Shown here: positions 11,495 through 25,690 of the stretch, piece by piece | Layout of the letters: the number at the start of each line of letters is the position of its first letter | Position numbering within the stretch: position 1 is the stretch's first letter | Assembly (NCBI GenBank): GCA_964016885.1 | Contig: OZ024744.1 | Span: 11,222,001-11,286,000 of the forward strand | Direction of reading: 5' to 3' | Source: Eledone cirrhosa | Lineage: Eukaryota | Length of the DNA: 64,000 bases | Notes under the pieces: generated by a model | What the model was told of the DNA's origin: nothing | The model's database searches: none | What the model saw: the letters and a program-made list of their open reading frames with translations, nothing else | Made by a program: the position numbers and the translations under genes

Positions 11495-14060
11495 AATATC
11501 TTGTGTTCTTATACTCCAATATGTTGTGTTGTTATACTCCAATATGTTGTGTTGTTGTACTCCAATATGTTGTGCTGTTTTACTCCAATATGTTGTGTTG
11601 TTGTACTCCAATATGTTGTATTGTTTTTCTCCAATATGTCATGTTATACTCCAATAAGTTGTGTTCTTGTACTCCAATATGTTGTGTTGTTGTACTCCAA
11701 TATATCATGTTGTCGTACTCCAATATGTCATGTTATACTCCAATATGTCATTGTTGTACTCCAATATGTCGTGTTGTTGTACTCCAATATGTCGTGTTGT
11801 TGTACTCCAATATGTTGTGTTGTTGTACTCCAATATGTTGTGTTGTTGTACTCCAATATGTTGTGTTGTTATACTCCAATATGTTATGTTGTTGTACTCC
11901 AATATGTCATGTTGTTGTACTCCAATATGTTTTGATGTTGTACTCCAATATGTTGTGTTGTTGTACTCCAATATGTTTTGATGTTGTAGTCCAATATGTT
12001 GTGTTGTTGTACTCCAATATGTTGTGTAGTCGTACTCCAATATGTTGTGTTGTTGTACTCCAATATGCTGTGATGTTGTACTCCAATATGATGTGCTGTT
12101 GTACTCCAATGCGTTGTGTTGTTGTACTCCAATATGCTGTGTTGTTATACTCCAATATGTTGTGTTGTTGTACTCCAATATGTTGTGTTGTTGTACTCCA
12201 ATATGTTGTGTTGTTGTAATCCAATATCTTGTGTAGTTATACTCCAATATGTTGTGCTGTTGTACTCCAATATGTTGAGTTGTTATACTCCAATATGTAG
12301 TGTTGTTATACTCCAATATGTTGTGTTGTTGTACTCCAATCTGTTGCGTTATACTCCAATATGTTGTGTTGTTATACTCCAATATGTTGTGTTGTTATAC
12401 TCCAATATGTTGTGTTGTTTTACTCCAATATGTTGTATTGTTGATCTCCAATATGTCATATTATACTCCAATAAGTTGTGTTCTTGTACTCCAATATGTG
12501 TTGTTGTTGTACTCCAATATGTTGCGTTGTTGTACTCCAATATATCATGTTGTCATACTCCAATATGTCATGTTATACTCCAATATGTTTTGATGCTGTA
12601 CTCCAATATGTTGTGTTGTTGTACTACAATATGTTGTGTTGTTGTACTCCAATATGTTGTGTTGTTATACTCCAATATGTTGTGCTGTTGTACTCCAATA
12701 TGTTGTGTTGTTATACTCCAATATGTAGTGTTGTTATACTCCAATATGTTGTGTTGTTGTATTCCAATCTGTTGTGTTGTTATACTCCAATATATTGTGT
12801 TGTTATACTCCAATATGTTGTGTTGTTTTACTCCAATATGTTGTGTTGTTGTACTCCAGTATGTTGTATTGTTGTTCTCCAATATGTCATGTTATACTCC
12901 AATAAGTTGTGTTCTTGTACTCCAATATGTTGTGTTGTTGTACTCCAATATGTTGTGTTGTTGTACTCCAATATATCATGTTGTCGTACTCCAATATGTC
13001 ATGTTATATTCCAATATGTCGTTGTTATACTCCAATATGTCATGATGTTGTACTCCAATATGTCGTGTTCTTGTACTCCAATATGTCGTGTTGTCGTACT
13101 CCAATATGTTGTGTTGTTGTACTCCAATATGTTGTGCTGTTGTACTCCAATATGTTTGTTGTTGTACTCCAATATGTTGTGTTGTTATACTCCAATATGT
13201 TGTGTTGTTGTACTCCAATATTTCGTGTTGTTGTACTCCAATACGTCGTGTTGTACTCCAATATGTTGTGTTGTTATACTCCAATATGTTATGTTGTTGT
13301 ACTCCAATGTGTCTTGTTGTTGTACTCCAATATGTTTTGATGTTGTACTCCAATATGTTGTGTTGTTGTACTCCAATATGTTTTGATGTTGTACTCCAAT
13401 ATGTTGTGTTGTTGTACTCCAATATGTTGTGTAGTCGTATTCCAATATGTTGTGTTGTTGTACTCTAATATGTTTTGTTGTTATTCTCCAATATGTTGTG
13501 ATGTTGTACTCCAATGCGTTGTGTTGTTGTACTCCAATGTGATGTGTTGTTGTACTCCAATATGTTGTGCTGTTGTACTCCAATATTTTTTTGTTTTTTG
13601 TACTCCAATATGTTGTGTTGTTATACTCCAATATGTTGTGTTGTTATACTCCAATATGGTGTGTTGTTGTACTCCAATATGTTGTATTGTTTTCTCCAAT
13701 ATGTCATGTTATACTCCAATATGGTGTGTTCGTGTACTCCAATATGTTGTGTTATTGTACTCCAATATGTTGCGTTGTTGTACTCCAATATGTTGTGTTG
13801 TTATACTCCAATATGTCATGTGGCTGTACTCCAATATGTCATGTTGTTGTACTCCAATATGTCTTGTTATAGTCCAATATGTCGTGTTGTTGTACTCCAA
13901 TATATCATGTAGTTGTACTCCAATATTTCGTGTTGTTGTACCCCAATATGTAGTGTTGTTTATACTCCAATATGTTTTGCTGTTGTACTCCAATATGTTG
14001 TGTTGCTGTACTCCTATATGTTGTGTTGTTATTCTCCAATATGTTGTGCTGTTGTACTCC
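11495..14060 (+). repeat. ~2.6 kb block nearly identical to ~33055-35620 (offset 21559) and ~44970-47535
   Basis: ORF pairs 11661/33220, 11705/33264, 12116/33675, 13185/34744 and 13709/35268 share offset 21559. Confidence 0.88.
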
Positions 14061-17000
14061 AATATGTTGTGTTGTTATACTCCAATATGTAGTGTTGTTA
14101 TACTCCAATATGTTGTGTTGTTGTACTCCAATCTGTTGTGTTGTTATACTCCAATATATTGTGTTGTTATACTCCAATATGTTGTGTTGTTTTACTCCAA
14201 TATGTTGTGTTGTTGTACTCCAATATGTTGTGTTCTTGTACTCCAATATGTCGTGTTGTCGTACTCCAATATGTTGTGTTGTTGTACTCCAATATGTTGT
14301 GCTGTTGTACTCCAATATGTTGTGTTGTTGTACTCCAATATGTTGTGTTGTTATACTCCAATATGTTGTGCTGTTGTACTCCAATATTCCGTGTTGTTGT
14401 ACTCCAATACGTCGTGTTGTACTCCAATATGTTGTGTTGTTATACTCCAATATGTTATGTTGTTGTACTCCAATGTGTCTTGTTGTTGTACTCCAATATG
14501 TTTTGATGTTGTACTCCAATATGTTTTGTTGTTATTCTCCAATATGTTGTGATGTTGTACTCCAATGTGATGTGTTGTTGTACTCCAATATGTTGTGCTG
14601 TTGTACTCCAATATTTTTTGTTTTTTGTACTCCAATATGTTGTGTTGTTATACACCAATATGTTGTGTTGTTATACTCCAATATGGTGTGTTGTTGTACT
14701 CCAATATGTTGTATTGTTTTCTCCAATATGTCATGTTATACTCCAATATGGTGTGTTCGTGTACTCCAATATGTTGTGTTATTGTACTCCAATATGTTGC
14801 GTTGTTGTACTCCAATATGTTGTGTTGTTATACTCCAATATGTCGTGTGGCTGTACTCCAATATGTCATGTTGTTGTACTCCAATATGTCTTGTTATAGT
14901 CCAATATGTCGTGTTGTTGTACTCCAATATATCATGTAGTTGTACTCCAATATTTCGTGTTGTTGTACCCCAATATGTAGTGTTGTTTATACTCCAATAT
15001 GTTTTGCTGTTGTACTCCAATATGTTGTGTTGCTGTACTCCTATATGTTGTGTTGTTATTCTCCAATATGTTGTGCTGTTGTACTCCAATGTGTTGTGTT
15101 GTTATACTCCAATGTGTTGTGTTGTTATACTCCAATATGTTGTGTTGTTGTAGTCCAATATGTTGTGTTGTTATACTCCAATATTTCGTGTGGTTGTACT
15201 CCAATATGTCATGGTGTTGTACTTCAATATGTCGTGTTGTTGTACTCCAATATGTTGTCTTGTTGTACTCCAATCTGTTGTATTGTTGTACTTCAATATG
15301 TTCTGTTCATGTACTCCAATATATTGTGTTGTTGTACTCCAATATGTTGTGTTGTTGTACTCCAATATGTTGTGCTTTTGTACTCCAATATGTTTTGCTG
15401 TTGTACTCCACTGTGTTGTGTTGTTGAACTCCAATATGTTGTGTTGTTGTTCTCCAATATTTTGTGCTGTTGTACTCCAATGTGTTGTGTTGTTATACTC
15501 CAATATGTTGTGTTGTGATACTCCAATGTGTTGTGTTGTTGTACTCCAATATGTTGTGTTGTTGTACTCCAATATGTTGTGTTGTTATACACCAATGTGG
15601 TGTGCTGTTGTAATCCAATATGTTATGTTGTACTCCAATATGTTGTGTTGTTATACTCCAATATGTAGTGTTGTTATACTCCAATATGTTGTGTTGTTGT
15701 ACTCCAATCTGTTGTGTTATACTCCAATATGTTGTGTTGTTATACTCCAATATGTTGTGTTGTTATACTCCAATATGGTGTGTTGTTGTACTCCAATATG
15801 TTGTATTGTTTTCTCCAATATGTCATGTTATACTCCAATATGGTGTGTTCGTGTACTCCAATATGTTGTGTTATTGTACTCCAATATGTTGCGTTGTTGT
15901 ACTCCAATATGTTGTGTTGTTATACTCCAATATGTCGTGTGGCTGTACTCCAATATGTCATGTTGTTGTACTCCAATATGTCTTGTTATAGTCCAATATG
16001 TCGTGTTGTTGTACTCCAATATATCATGTAGTTGTACTCCAATATTTCGTGTTGTTGTACCCCAATATGTAGTGTTGTTTATACTCCAATATGTTTTGCT
16101 GTTGTACTCCAATATGTTGTGTTGCTGTACTCCTATATGTTGTGTTGTTATTCTCCAATATGTTGTGCTGTTGTACTCCAATGTGTTGTGTTGTTATACT
16201 CCAATGTGTTGTGTTGTTATACTCCAATATGTTGTGTTGTTGTAGTCCAATATGTTGTGTTGTCGTACTCCAATATGTTGTGTTGTTATACTCCAATATT
16301 TCGTGTGGTTGTACTCCAATATGTCATGGTGTTGTACTTCAATATGTCGTGTTGTTGTACTCCAATATGTTGTCTTGTTGTACTCCAATCTGTTGTATTG
16401 TTGTACTTCAATATGTTCTGTTGTTGTACTCCAATATATTGTGTTGTTGTACTCCAATATGTTGTGTTGTTGTACTCCAATATGCTGTGTTGTTGTACTC
16501 CAATATGTTGTGTTGTTGTACTCCAATATGTTGAGTTGTTGTAGTCCAATATCTTGTGTTCTTATACTCCAATATGTTGTGTTGTTATACTCCTATATGT
16601 TGTGTTGTTGTACTCCAATATGTTGTGCTGTTGTACTCCAATATGATGTGCTGTTGTACTCCAATATGTTGTGTTGTTGTACTCCAATGTGTTGTGTTGT
16701 TGTACTCCAATATGTTGTGCCGTTGTACTCCAATATTTTTTTTGTTTTTGTACTCCAAAATATTGTGTTGTTATACTCCAATATGTTGTGTTGGTGTACT
16801 CCAATATGGTGTGCTGTTGTACTCCAAATCTCGTGTTGTTATACTCCAATGTGTTGTGTTGTTATACTCCAATATGGTGTGTTGTTGAACTCCAATATGT
16901 TGTATTGTTTTTCTCCAATATGTCATGTTATACTCCAATATGTTGTGTTCATGTACTCCAATATGTTGTGTTATTGTACTCCAATATGTTGCGTTGTTGT

Positions 17001-17280
17001 ACTCCAATATGTTGTGTTGTTATACTCCAATATGTTGTGTTGTTGTACTCCAATATGTCATGTTGTTGTACTCCAGTATGTCTTGTTATACTCCAATATG
17101 TCGTGTTGCTGTACTCCAATATGTCATGCTGTTGTACTCCAATATTTCGTGTCGTTGTACGCCAATATGTTGTGCTTTTGTACTCCAATATCTTTTGCTG
17201 TTGTACTCCACTGTGTTGTGTTGTTGAACTCCAATATGTTGTGTTGTTGTTCTCCAATATTTTGTGCTGTTGTACTCCAA
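14045..17280 (+). repeat. ~3.2 kb block nearly identical to ~25445-28680 (offset 11399)
   Basis: ORF pairs 14138/25537, 14549/25948, 15160/26559, 16252/27651 and 16771/28170. Both share private variants such as CAATATTCCG, TTGAGTTGTTGTAGTCC and GTACGCCAAT. Confidence 0.9.
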
Positions 17281-18770
17281 TTTGTGTTGTTGTACTCCAA
17301 TATGTTGTGTTGTTGTACTCCAATATGTTGTGTTGTTGTACTCCAATATGTTGTGTTGTTATACTCCAATATGTTGTGCTGTTGTACTCCAATATTTCGT
17401 GTTGTTGTACTCCAATACGTCGTGTTGTTGTACTCCAATATGTTTTGATGTTGTACTCAAATATGTTGTGTTGTTGTACTCCAATATGTTTTGATGTTGT
17501 ACTCCAATATGTTGTGTTGTTGTACTCCAATATGTTGTGTAGTCTTACTCCAATATGTTGTGTTGTTGTACTCCAATATGCTGTGATGTTGTACTCCAAT
17601 ATGATGTGATGTTGTACTCCAATGCGTTGTGTTGTTGTACTCCAATGTGATGTGTTGTTGTACTCCAATATGTTGTGCCATTGTACTCCAATATTTTTTA
17701 TATTTGTACTCCAATATGTTGTGTTGTTATACTCCAATATGTTGTGCTGTTGTACTCCAAATCTCGTGTTGTTATACTCCAATGTGTTGTGTTGTTATAC
17801 TCCAATATGGTGTGTTGTTGTAGTCCAATATGTTGTATTGTTTTTTTCCAATGTGTCATGTTATACTCCAATATGTTGTGTTCGTGTACTCCAATATGTT
17901 GTGTTATTGTACTCCAATATGTTGCGTTGTTGTACTCCAATATGTTGTGTTGTTATACTCCAATATGTTGTGTTGTTGTACTGCAATATGTTGTCTTGTT
18001 GTACTCCAAAAGGCCATGTTATCGTACTCCAATATGTCTTGTTATACTCCAATATGTCGTGTGGCTGTACTCCAATATGTCATGTTGTTGTACTCCAATA
18101 TGTCTTGTTATAGTCCAATATGTCGTGTTGTTGTACTCCAATATGTCATGTAGTTGTATTCCAATATTTCGTGTTGTTGTACCCCAATATGTCGTGTTGT
18201 TTATACTCCAATATGTTTTGCTGTTGTACTCCAATATGTTGTGTTGCTGTATTCCAATATGTTGTGTTGTTATTCTCCAATATGTTGTGCTGTTGTACTC
18301 CAATGTGTTATGTTGTTATACTCCAATATGTTGTGCTGTGCTACTCCAATATATTGTGTTGTTGTACTCCAATGTGTTGTGTTGTTATACTCCAATATGT
18401 TGTGTTGATTTACTCCAATATGTTGTGTTGTTGTACTCCAATCTGTTGTGTTGTTATACTCCAATATGTTGTGTTGTTATACTCCAATATGTTGTGTTGT
18501 TTTACTCCAATATGTTGTGTTGTTGTACTCCAATATGTTGTGTTGTTGTACTCCAATATGTTGTGTTGTTGTGATCCAATATCTTGTGTTGTTATACTCC
18601 AATATGTTGTGTTGTTGTACTCCAATATGTTGTGTTGTTATACTCCAATATGTTGTGTTGTGATACTCCAATATGTTGTGCTGTTGTACTCCAATATGTT
18701 GTGTTGTTATACTCCAATATGTTGTGTTGTTTTACTCCAATATGTTGTGTTGTTGTACTCCAATATGTTG
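17170..18770 (+). repeat. ~1.6 kb block homologous to ~4750-6190 (offset 12440), ~36420-38000 (offset 19235) and ~48335-49915
   Basis: ORF pairs 4824/17264, 5182/17622, 5680/18120 (12440) and 17264/36499, 17622/36857, 18120/37355 (19235). The block carries the rare CCAAAAGGCCATG monomer. Confidence 0.88.
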
Positions 18771-18779
18771 TGTTGTTGT

Positions 18780-21110
18780 ACTCCAATATATCATGTTGTC
18801 GTACTCCAATATGTCATGTTATACTCCAATATGTCGTTGTTATACTCCAATATGTCATGTTGTTGTACTCCAATATGTCGTATTGTTATACTCCAATATG
18901 TTTTGATGTTGTACTCCAATATGTTGTGTAGTCGTACTCCAATATGTTGTATTGTTATACTCCATTATGTTGTGCTGTTGTACTCCAATATGTTCTGTTG
19001 TTGTACTCCAATATATTGTGTTGTTGTACTCCAATATGTCGTGTTGTTGTACTCCAATATGTTGTGTTGTTATACTCCAATATGTAGTGTTGTTATACTC
19101 CAATATGTTGTGTTGTTGTACTCCAATCTGTTGTGTTATACTCCAATATGTTGTGTTGTTGTACTCCAATATGTTGTATTGTTGTTCTCCAATATGTCAT
19201 GCTATACTCCAATAAGTTGTGTTCTTGTACTCCAATATGTTTTGTTGTTGTACTCCAATATGTTGTGTTGTTGTACTCCAATATATCATGTTGTCGTACT
19301 CCAATATGTCATGTTATACTCCAATATGTCGTTGTTATACTCCAATATGTCATGTTGCTGTACTCCAACATGTCGTGTTGTAGTACTCCAATATGTTTTG
19401 ATGTTGTACTCCAATATGTTGTGTTGTTGTACTCCAATATGTTGTGTTGTTGTACTCCAATATGTTGTGTTGTTATACTCCAATATGTTGTGCTGTTGTA
19501 CTCCAATATGTCATGTTGTTGTACTCCGATATTTCGTGTTGTTCTACTCCAATATTTCGTGTTGTTGTACTCCAATATCTCGTGGTGTTGTACTCCAATA
19601 TGTTTTGATGTTGTACTCCAATATGTCGTGTTGTTGTACTCCAATATGTTGTGTTGTTGTACTCCAATATGCTGTGTTGTTATACTCCTATATGTTGTGC
19701 TGTTGTACTTCAATATGTTGTGTTCTACTCCAATATGTTGTGTTGTTCTACTCCAATATGTTGTGTTGTTGTACTCCAATATGTGATGTTGTTGTACTCC
19801 AATATGTCGTATTGTTGTACTCCAATATATTGTGTTGTTATACTCCAATATTTCGTGTTGTTTTAGTCCAATATGTCATGTTGTTTTACTCCAATATTTC
19901 GTGTTGTTGTACTCCAATATGTCATGGTGTTGTACTTCAATATGTTGTATTGTTGTACTCAAATATGTTGTGTTGTTGTTCTCCAATATGTCGTGTTGTT
20001 ATACTCCAATATGTTATGATGTTGTACTCCAATATATTGTGTTGTTGTACTCCAATATGTTGTGTTGTTGTACTCCAATATGTTGTTGTACTCCAATATG
20101 CCATGTTGTTATACTCCAATATTTCGTGGTGTTGTACTCCAATATGTCATGTTGTTGTACTCCAATATTTCGTGTTGTTGTACTCCAATATGTCATAGGG
20201 GTTGTACTCCAATATGGTTTGTTGTTGTACTCCAATATGCTGTGTTGCTGTACTCCAATAGGTTGTGTTGTTGTACTCCAATATGCTGTGTTGGCTGTGC
20301 TCCAATACGTTGTGTTGTTGTACTCCAATATGTTGTGCTGCTGTACTCCAATATGTTGTGTTGTTGTACTCCAATATGTTGTGTTGTTGTACTCCAATAT
20401 GTTGTGTTGTTGTACTCCAATCTATATCGCTGTTGTACTCCAATATGTTGTGTTGTTGTACTCCAATATGTTGTGTTGTTGTACTCCAAAATATTGTGTT
20501 GTTATACTCCAATATGTTGTGTTGTTATACTCCAATATGTTGTGCTGTTATACTCCAATATGTTGTGTTGTTGTACTCCAATATGTTGTGCTGTTATACT
20601 CCAATACTTTGTGTTGTTATACTCCAATATGTGGTATTGTTGTACTCCAATATGTTGTGCTGTTGTCCTCCAATATGTTGTGTTGTTATACTCCAATATG
20701 TTGTGTTGTTATACTCGAATATTTTGTGTTGTTATACTCGAATATCTTGTGTTGTTATACTCGAATATGTTGTGATGTTGTACTCCAATATGTCGTGTTG
20801 TTGTACTCCAATATATCATGTAGCTGTACTCCAATATTTCGTGTTGTTGTACCCCAATATGTAGTGTTGTTTATACTCCAATATGTTTTGCTGTTGTACT
20901 CCAATATGATGTGCTGTTGTACTCCAATATGTTGTATTGTTGTTCTCCAATATGTCATGTTATACTCCAATAAGTTGTGTTCTTGTACTCCAATATGTTG
21001 TGTTGTTGTACTCCAATATATCATGTTGTCGTACTCCAATATGTCATGTTATACTCCAATATGTCATTGTTGTACTCCAATATGTCGTGTTGTTGTACTC
21101 CAATATGTCG
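18780..21110 (+). repeat. ~2.3 kb block nearly identical to ~49995-52345 (offset 31215, then 31238 after one extra monomer) and, in part, to ~62020-63670
   Basis: ORF pairs 18855/50070, 19133/50348, 19832/51047, 20265/51480 (31215) and 20755/51993 (31238). Also 50866/62203, 51047/62384 (11337) and 51993/63307 (11314). Shared private variants include ATGGTTTG, AATACTTTG and GTCCTCC. Confidence 0.88.
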
Positions 21111-22929
21111 TGTTGTTGTACTCCAATATGCTGTGTTGTTATACTCCAATATGTTGTGTTGTTGTACTCCAATATGTTGTGTTGTTATACTCCAATATGT
21201 TGTGTTGTTGTACTCCAATATGTCATGATGTTGTACTCCAATATGTTGCGTTGTTGTACTCCAATATATCATGTTGTCGTACTCCAATATGTTTTGATGT
21301 TGTACTCCAATATGTTGTGTTGTTGTACTCCAATATGTTGTGTAGTCGTACTCCAATATGTTGTGTTGTTGTACTCCAATATGCTGTGATGTTGTACTCC
21401 AATATGATGTGCTGTTGTACTCCAATGCGTTGTGTTGTTGTACTCCAATATGCTGTGTTGTTATACTCCAATATGTTGTGTTGTTATACTCCAATCTGTT
21501 GTGTTGTTATACTCCAATATATTGTGTTGTTACACTCCAATATGTTGTGTTGTTTTACTCCAATATCTTGTATTGTTGTTCTCCAATATGTCATGTTATA
21601 CTCCAATAAGTTGTGTTCTTGTACTCCAATATGTTGTGTTGTTGTACTCCAATATGTTGTGTTGTTGTACTCCAATATATCATGTTGTCGTACTCCAATA
21701 TGTCATGTTATACTCCAATGTGTCATTGTTGTACTCCAATATGTCGTGTTGTTGTACTCCAATATGTTGTGTTGTTGTACTCCAATATGTTGTGTTGTTG
21801 TACTCCAATATGTTGTGTTGTTATACTCCAATATGTTATGTTGTTGTACTCCAATATGTCATGTTGTTGTACTCCAATATGTTTTGATGTTGTACTCCAA
21901 TATGTCGTGTTGTTATACTCCAATATGTTATGATGTTGTACTCCAATATATTGTGTTGTTGTACTCCAATATGTTGTGTTGCTGTACTCCAATATGTTGT
22001 GTCGTTGTACTCCAATACGCTGTGTTGTTGTACTCCAATATGTTGTGTTGTTGTACTCCAATATGTTGTTGTACTCCAATATGCCATGTTGTCGTACTCC
22101 AATATTTCGTGTTGTTGTACTCCAATATGTCATGGTGTTGTACTCCAATATGTTGTGTTGTTGTACTCCAATATGTTGTGTTGTTGTACTCCAATATGTT
22201 GTGTTGTTGTACTCCAATATGTTGTGTTGTTGTACTCCAATATGTTGTGTTGTTGTACTCCAATATGTTGTGTTGTTGTACTCCAATATGCCATGTTGTT
22301 ATACTCCAATATGTGGTGGTGTTGTACTCCAATATGTCATGTTGTTGTACTCCAATATTTCGTGTTGTTGTACTCCAATATTTCATAGGGGTTGTACTCC
22401 AATATGCTGTGTTGCTGTACTCCAATAGGTTGTGTTGTTGTACTCCAATATGCTGTGTTGGCTGTGCTCCAATACGTTGTGTTGTTGTACTCCAATATTT
22501 TGTGCTGCTGTACTCCAATATGTTGTGTTGTTGTACTCCAATATGTTGTGTTGTTGTACTCCAATATGTTGTGTTGTTGTACTCCAATCTATATCGCTGT
22601 TGTACTCCAATATGTTGTGTTGTTGTACTCCAATATGTTGTGCTGTTGTACTCCAATATGTTGTGCTGTTGTGCTCCAATATTTTGTGCTGTTACACTCC
22701 AATATATTGTGTTGTTATAATCCAATATGTTGTGTTGTTGTACTCCAAAATATTGTGTTGTTATACTCCAATATGTTGTGTTGTTATACTCCAATAAGTT
22801 GTGCTGTTATACTCCAATATGTTGTGTTGTTGTACTCCAATATGTTGTGCTGTTATACTCCAATATTTTGTGTTGTTATACTCCAATATGTGGTATTGTT
22901 GTACTCCAATATGTTGTGCTGTTGTACTC

Positions 22930-25690
22930 CAACATGTTGTGTTGTTATACTCCAATATGTTGTGTTGTTATACTCGAATATGTTGTGTTGTTATACTCGA
23001 ATATCTTGTGTTGTTATACTCGAATATGTTGTGCTGTTGTACTCCAATATGTCGTGTTGTTGTACTCCAATATATCATGTAGTTGTACTCCAATATTTCG
23101 TGTTGTTGTACCCCAATATGTAGTGTTGTTTATACTCCAATATGTTTTGCTGTTGTACTCCAATATGTTGTGTTGCTGTACTCCTATATGTTGTGTTGTT
23201 ATTCTCCAATATGTTGTGCTGTTGTACTCCAATGTGTTGTGTTGTTATACTCCAATATGTTGTGTTGATTTACTCCAATATGTTGTGTTGTTGTACTCCA
23301 ATCTGTTGTGTTGTTATACTCCAATGTGTTGTGTTGTTATACTCCAATATGTTGTGTTGTTGTAGTCCAATATGTTGTGTTGTCGTACTCCAATATGTTG
23401 TGTTGTTATACTCCAATATTTCGTGTGGTTGTACTCCAATATGTCATGGTGTTGTACTTCAATATGTCGTGTTGTTGTACTCCAATATGTTGTCTTGCTG
23501 TACTCCAATATGTTGTGTTGTTGTACTCCAATATCTTGTGTTCTTATACTCCAATATGTTGTGTTGTTATACTCCAATATGTTGTGTTGTTGTACTCCAA
23601 TATGTTGTGCTGTTTTACTCCAATATGTTGTGTTGTTGTACTCCAATATGTTGTATTGTTTTTCTCCAATATGTCATGTTATACTCCAATAAGTTGTGTT
23701 CTTGTACTCCAATATGTTGTGTTGTTGTACTCCAATATATCATGTTGTCGTACTCCAATATGTCATGTTATACTCCAATATGTCATTGTTGTACTCCAAT
23801 ATGTCGTGTTGTTGTACTCCAATATGTTGTGTTGATTTACTCCAATATGTTGTGTTGTTGTACTCCAATCTGTTGTGTTGTTATACTCCAATATGTTGTG
23901 TTGTTATACTCCAATATGTTGTGTTGTTTTACTCCAATATGTTGTGTTGTTGTACTCCAATATGTTGTGTTGTTGTACTCCAATATGTTGTGTTGTTGTA
24001 ATCCAATATCTTGTGTTGTTATACTCCAATATGTTGTGTTGTTGTACTCCAATATGTTGTGTTGTTATACTCCAATATGTTGTGTTGTGATACTCCAATA
24101 TGTTGTGCTGTTGTACTCCAATATGTTGTGTTGTTATACTCCAATATGTTGTGTTGTTTTACTCCAATATGTTGTGTTGTTGTACTCCAATATGTTGTAT
24201 TGTTGTTCTCCAATATGTCATGTTATACTCCAATAAGTTGTGTTCTTGTACTCCAATATGTTGTGTTGTTGTACTCCAATATATCATGTTGTCGTACTCC
24301 AATATGTCATGTTATACTCCAATATGTCGTTGTTATACTCCAATATGTCATGTTGTTGTACTCCAATATGTCGTATTGTTATACTCCAATATGTTTTGAT
24401 GTTGTACTCCAATATGTTGTGTAGTCGTACTCCAATATGTTGTATTGTTATACTCCATTATGTTGTGCTGTTGTACTCCAATATGTTCTGTTGTTGTACT
24501 CCAATATATTGTGTTGTTGTACTCCAATATGTCGTGTTGTTGTACTCCAATATGTCGTGTTGTTGTACTCCAATATGTTGTGTTGTTGTACTCCAATATG
24601 TTGTGTTGTTGTACTCCAATATGTTGTATTGTTATACTCCAATATGTTATGTTGTTGTACTCCAATATGTCATGTTGTTGTACTCCAATATGTTTTGATG
24701 TTGTACTCCAATATGTTGTGTTGTTGTACTCCAATATGTTTTGATGTTGTACTCCAATATGTTGTGTTGTTGTACTCCAATATGCTGTGTAGTCGTACTC
24801 CAATATGTTGTGTTGTTGTACTCCAATATGCTGTGATGTTGTACTCCAATATGATGTGCTGTTGTACTCCAATGCGTTGTGTTGTTGTACTCCAATATGC
24901 TGTGTTGTTATACTCCAATATGTTGTGTTGTTGTACTCCAATATGTTGTGTTGTTGTACTCCAATATGTTGTGTTGTTGTAATCCAATATCTTGTGTTGT
25001 TATACTCCAATATGTTGTGCTGTTGTACTCCAATATGTTGAGTTGTTATACTCCAATATGTAGTGTTGTTATACTCCAATATGTTGTGTTGTTGTACTCC
25101 AATCTGTTGCGTTATACTCCAATATGTTGTGTTGTTATACTCCAATATGTTGTGTTGTTATACTCCAATATGTTGTGTTGCTTTACTCCAATATGTTGTA
25201 TTGTTGATCTCCAATATGTCATATTATACTCCAATAAGTTGTGTTCTTGTACTCCAATATGTGTTGTTGTTGTACTCCAATATGTTGCGTTGTTGTACTC
25301 CAATATATCATGTTGTCGTACTCCAATATGTCATGTTATACTCCAATATGTTTTGATGCTGTACTCCAATATGTTGTGTTGTTGTACTACAATATGTTGT
25401 GTTGTTGTACTCCAATATGTTGTGTTGTTATACTCCAATATGGTGTGCTGTTGTACTCCAATATGTTGTGTTGTTATACTCCAATATGTAGTGTTGTTAT
25501 ACTCCAATATGTTGTGTTGTTGTACTCCAATCTGTTGTGTTGTTATACTCCAATATATTGTGTTGTTATACTCCAATATGTTGTGTTGTTTTACTCCAAT
25601 ATGTTGTGTTGTTGTACTCCAATATGTTGTGTTCTTGTACTCCAATATGTCGTGTTGTCGTACTCCAATATGTTGTGTTGTTGTACTCCA
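22930..25690 (+). repeat. ~2.7 kb block nearly identical to ~250-3010 (offset 22680)
   Basis: ORF pairs 334/23014, 462/23142, 1668/24348, 2199/24879 and 2561/25241 all differ by 22680. The printed lines are in register and match (e.g. 301 vs 22981, 2401 vs 25081). Confidence 0.92.
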
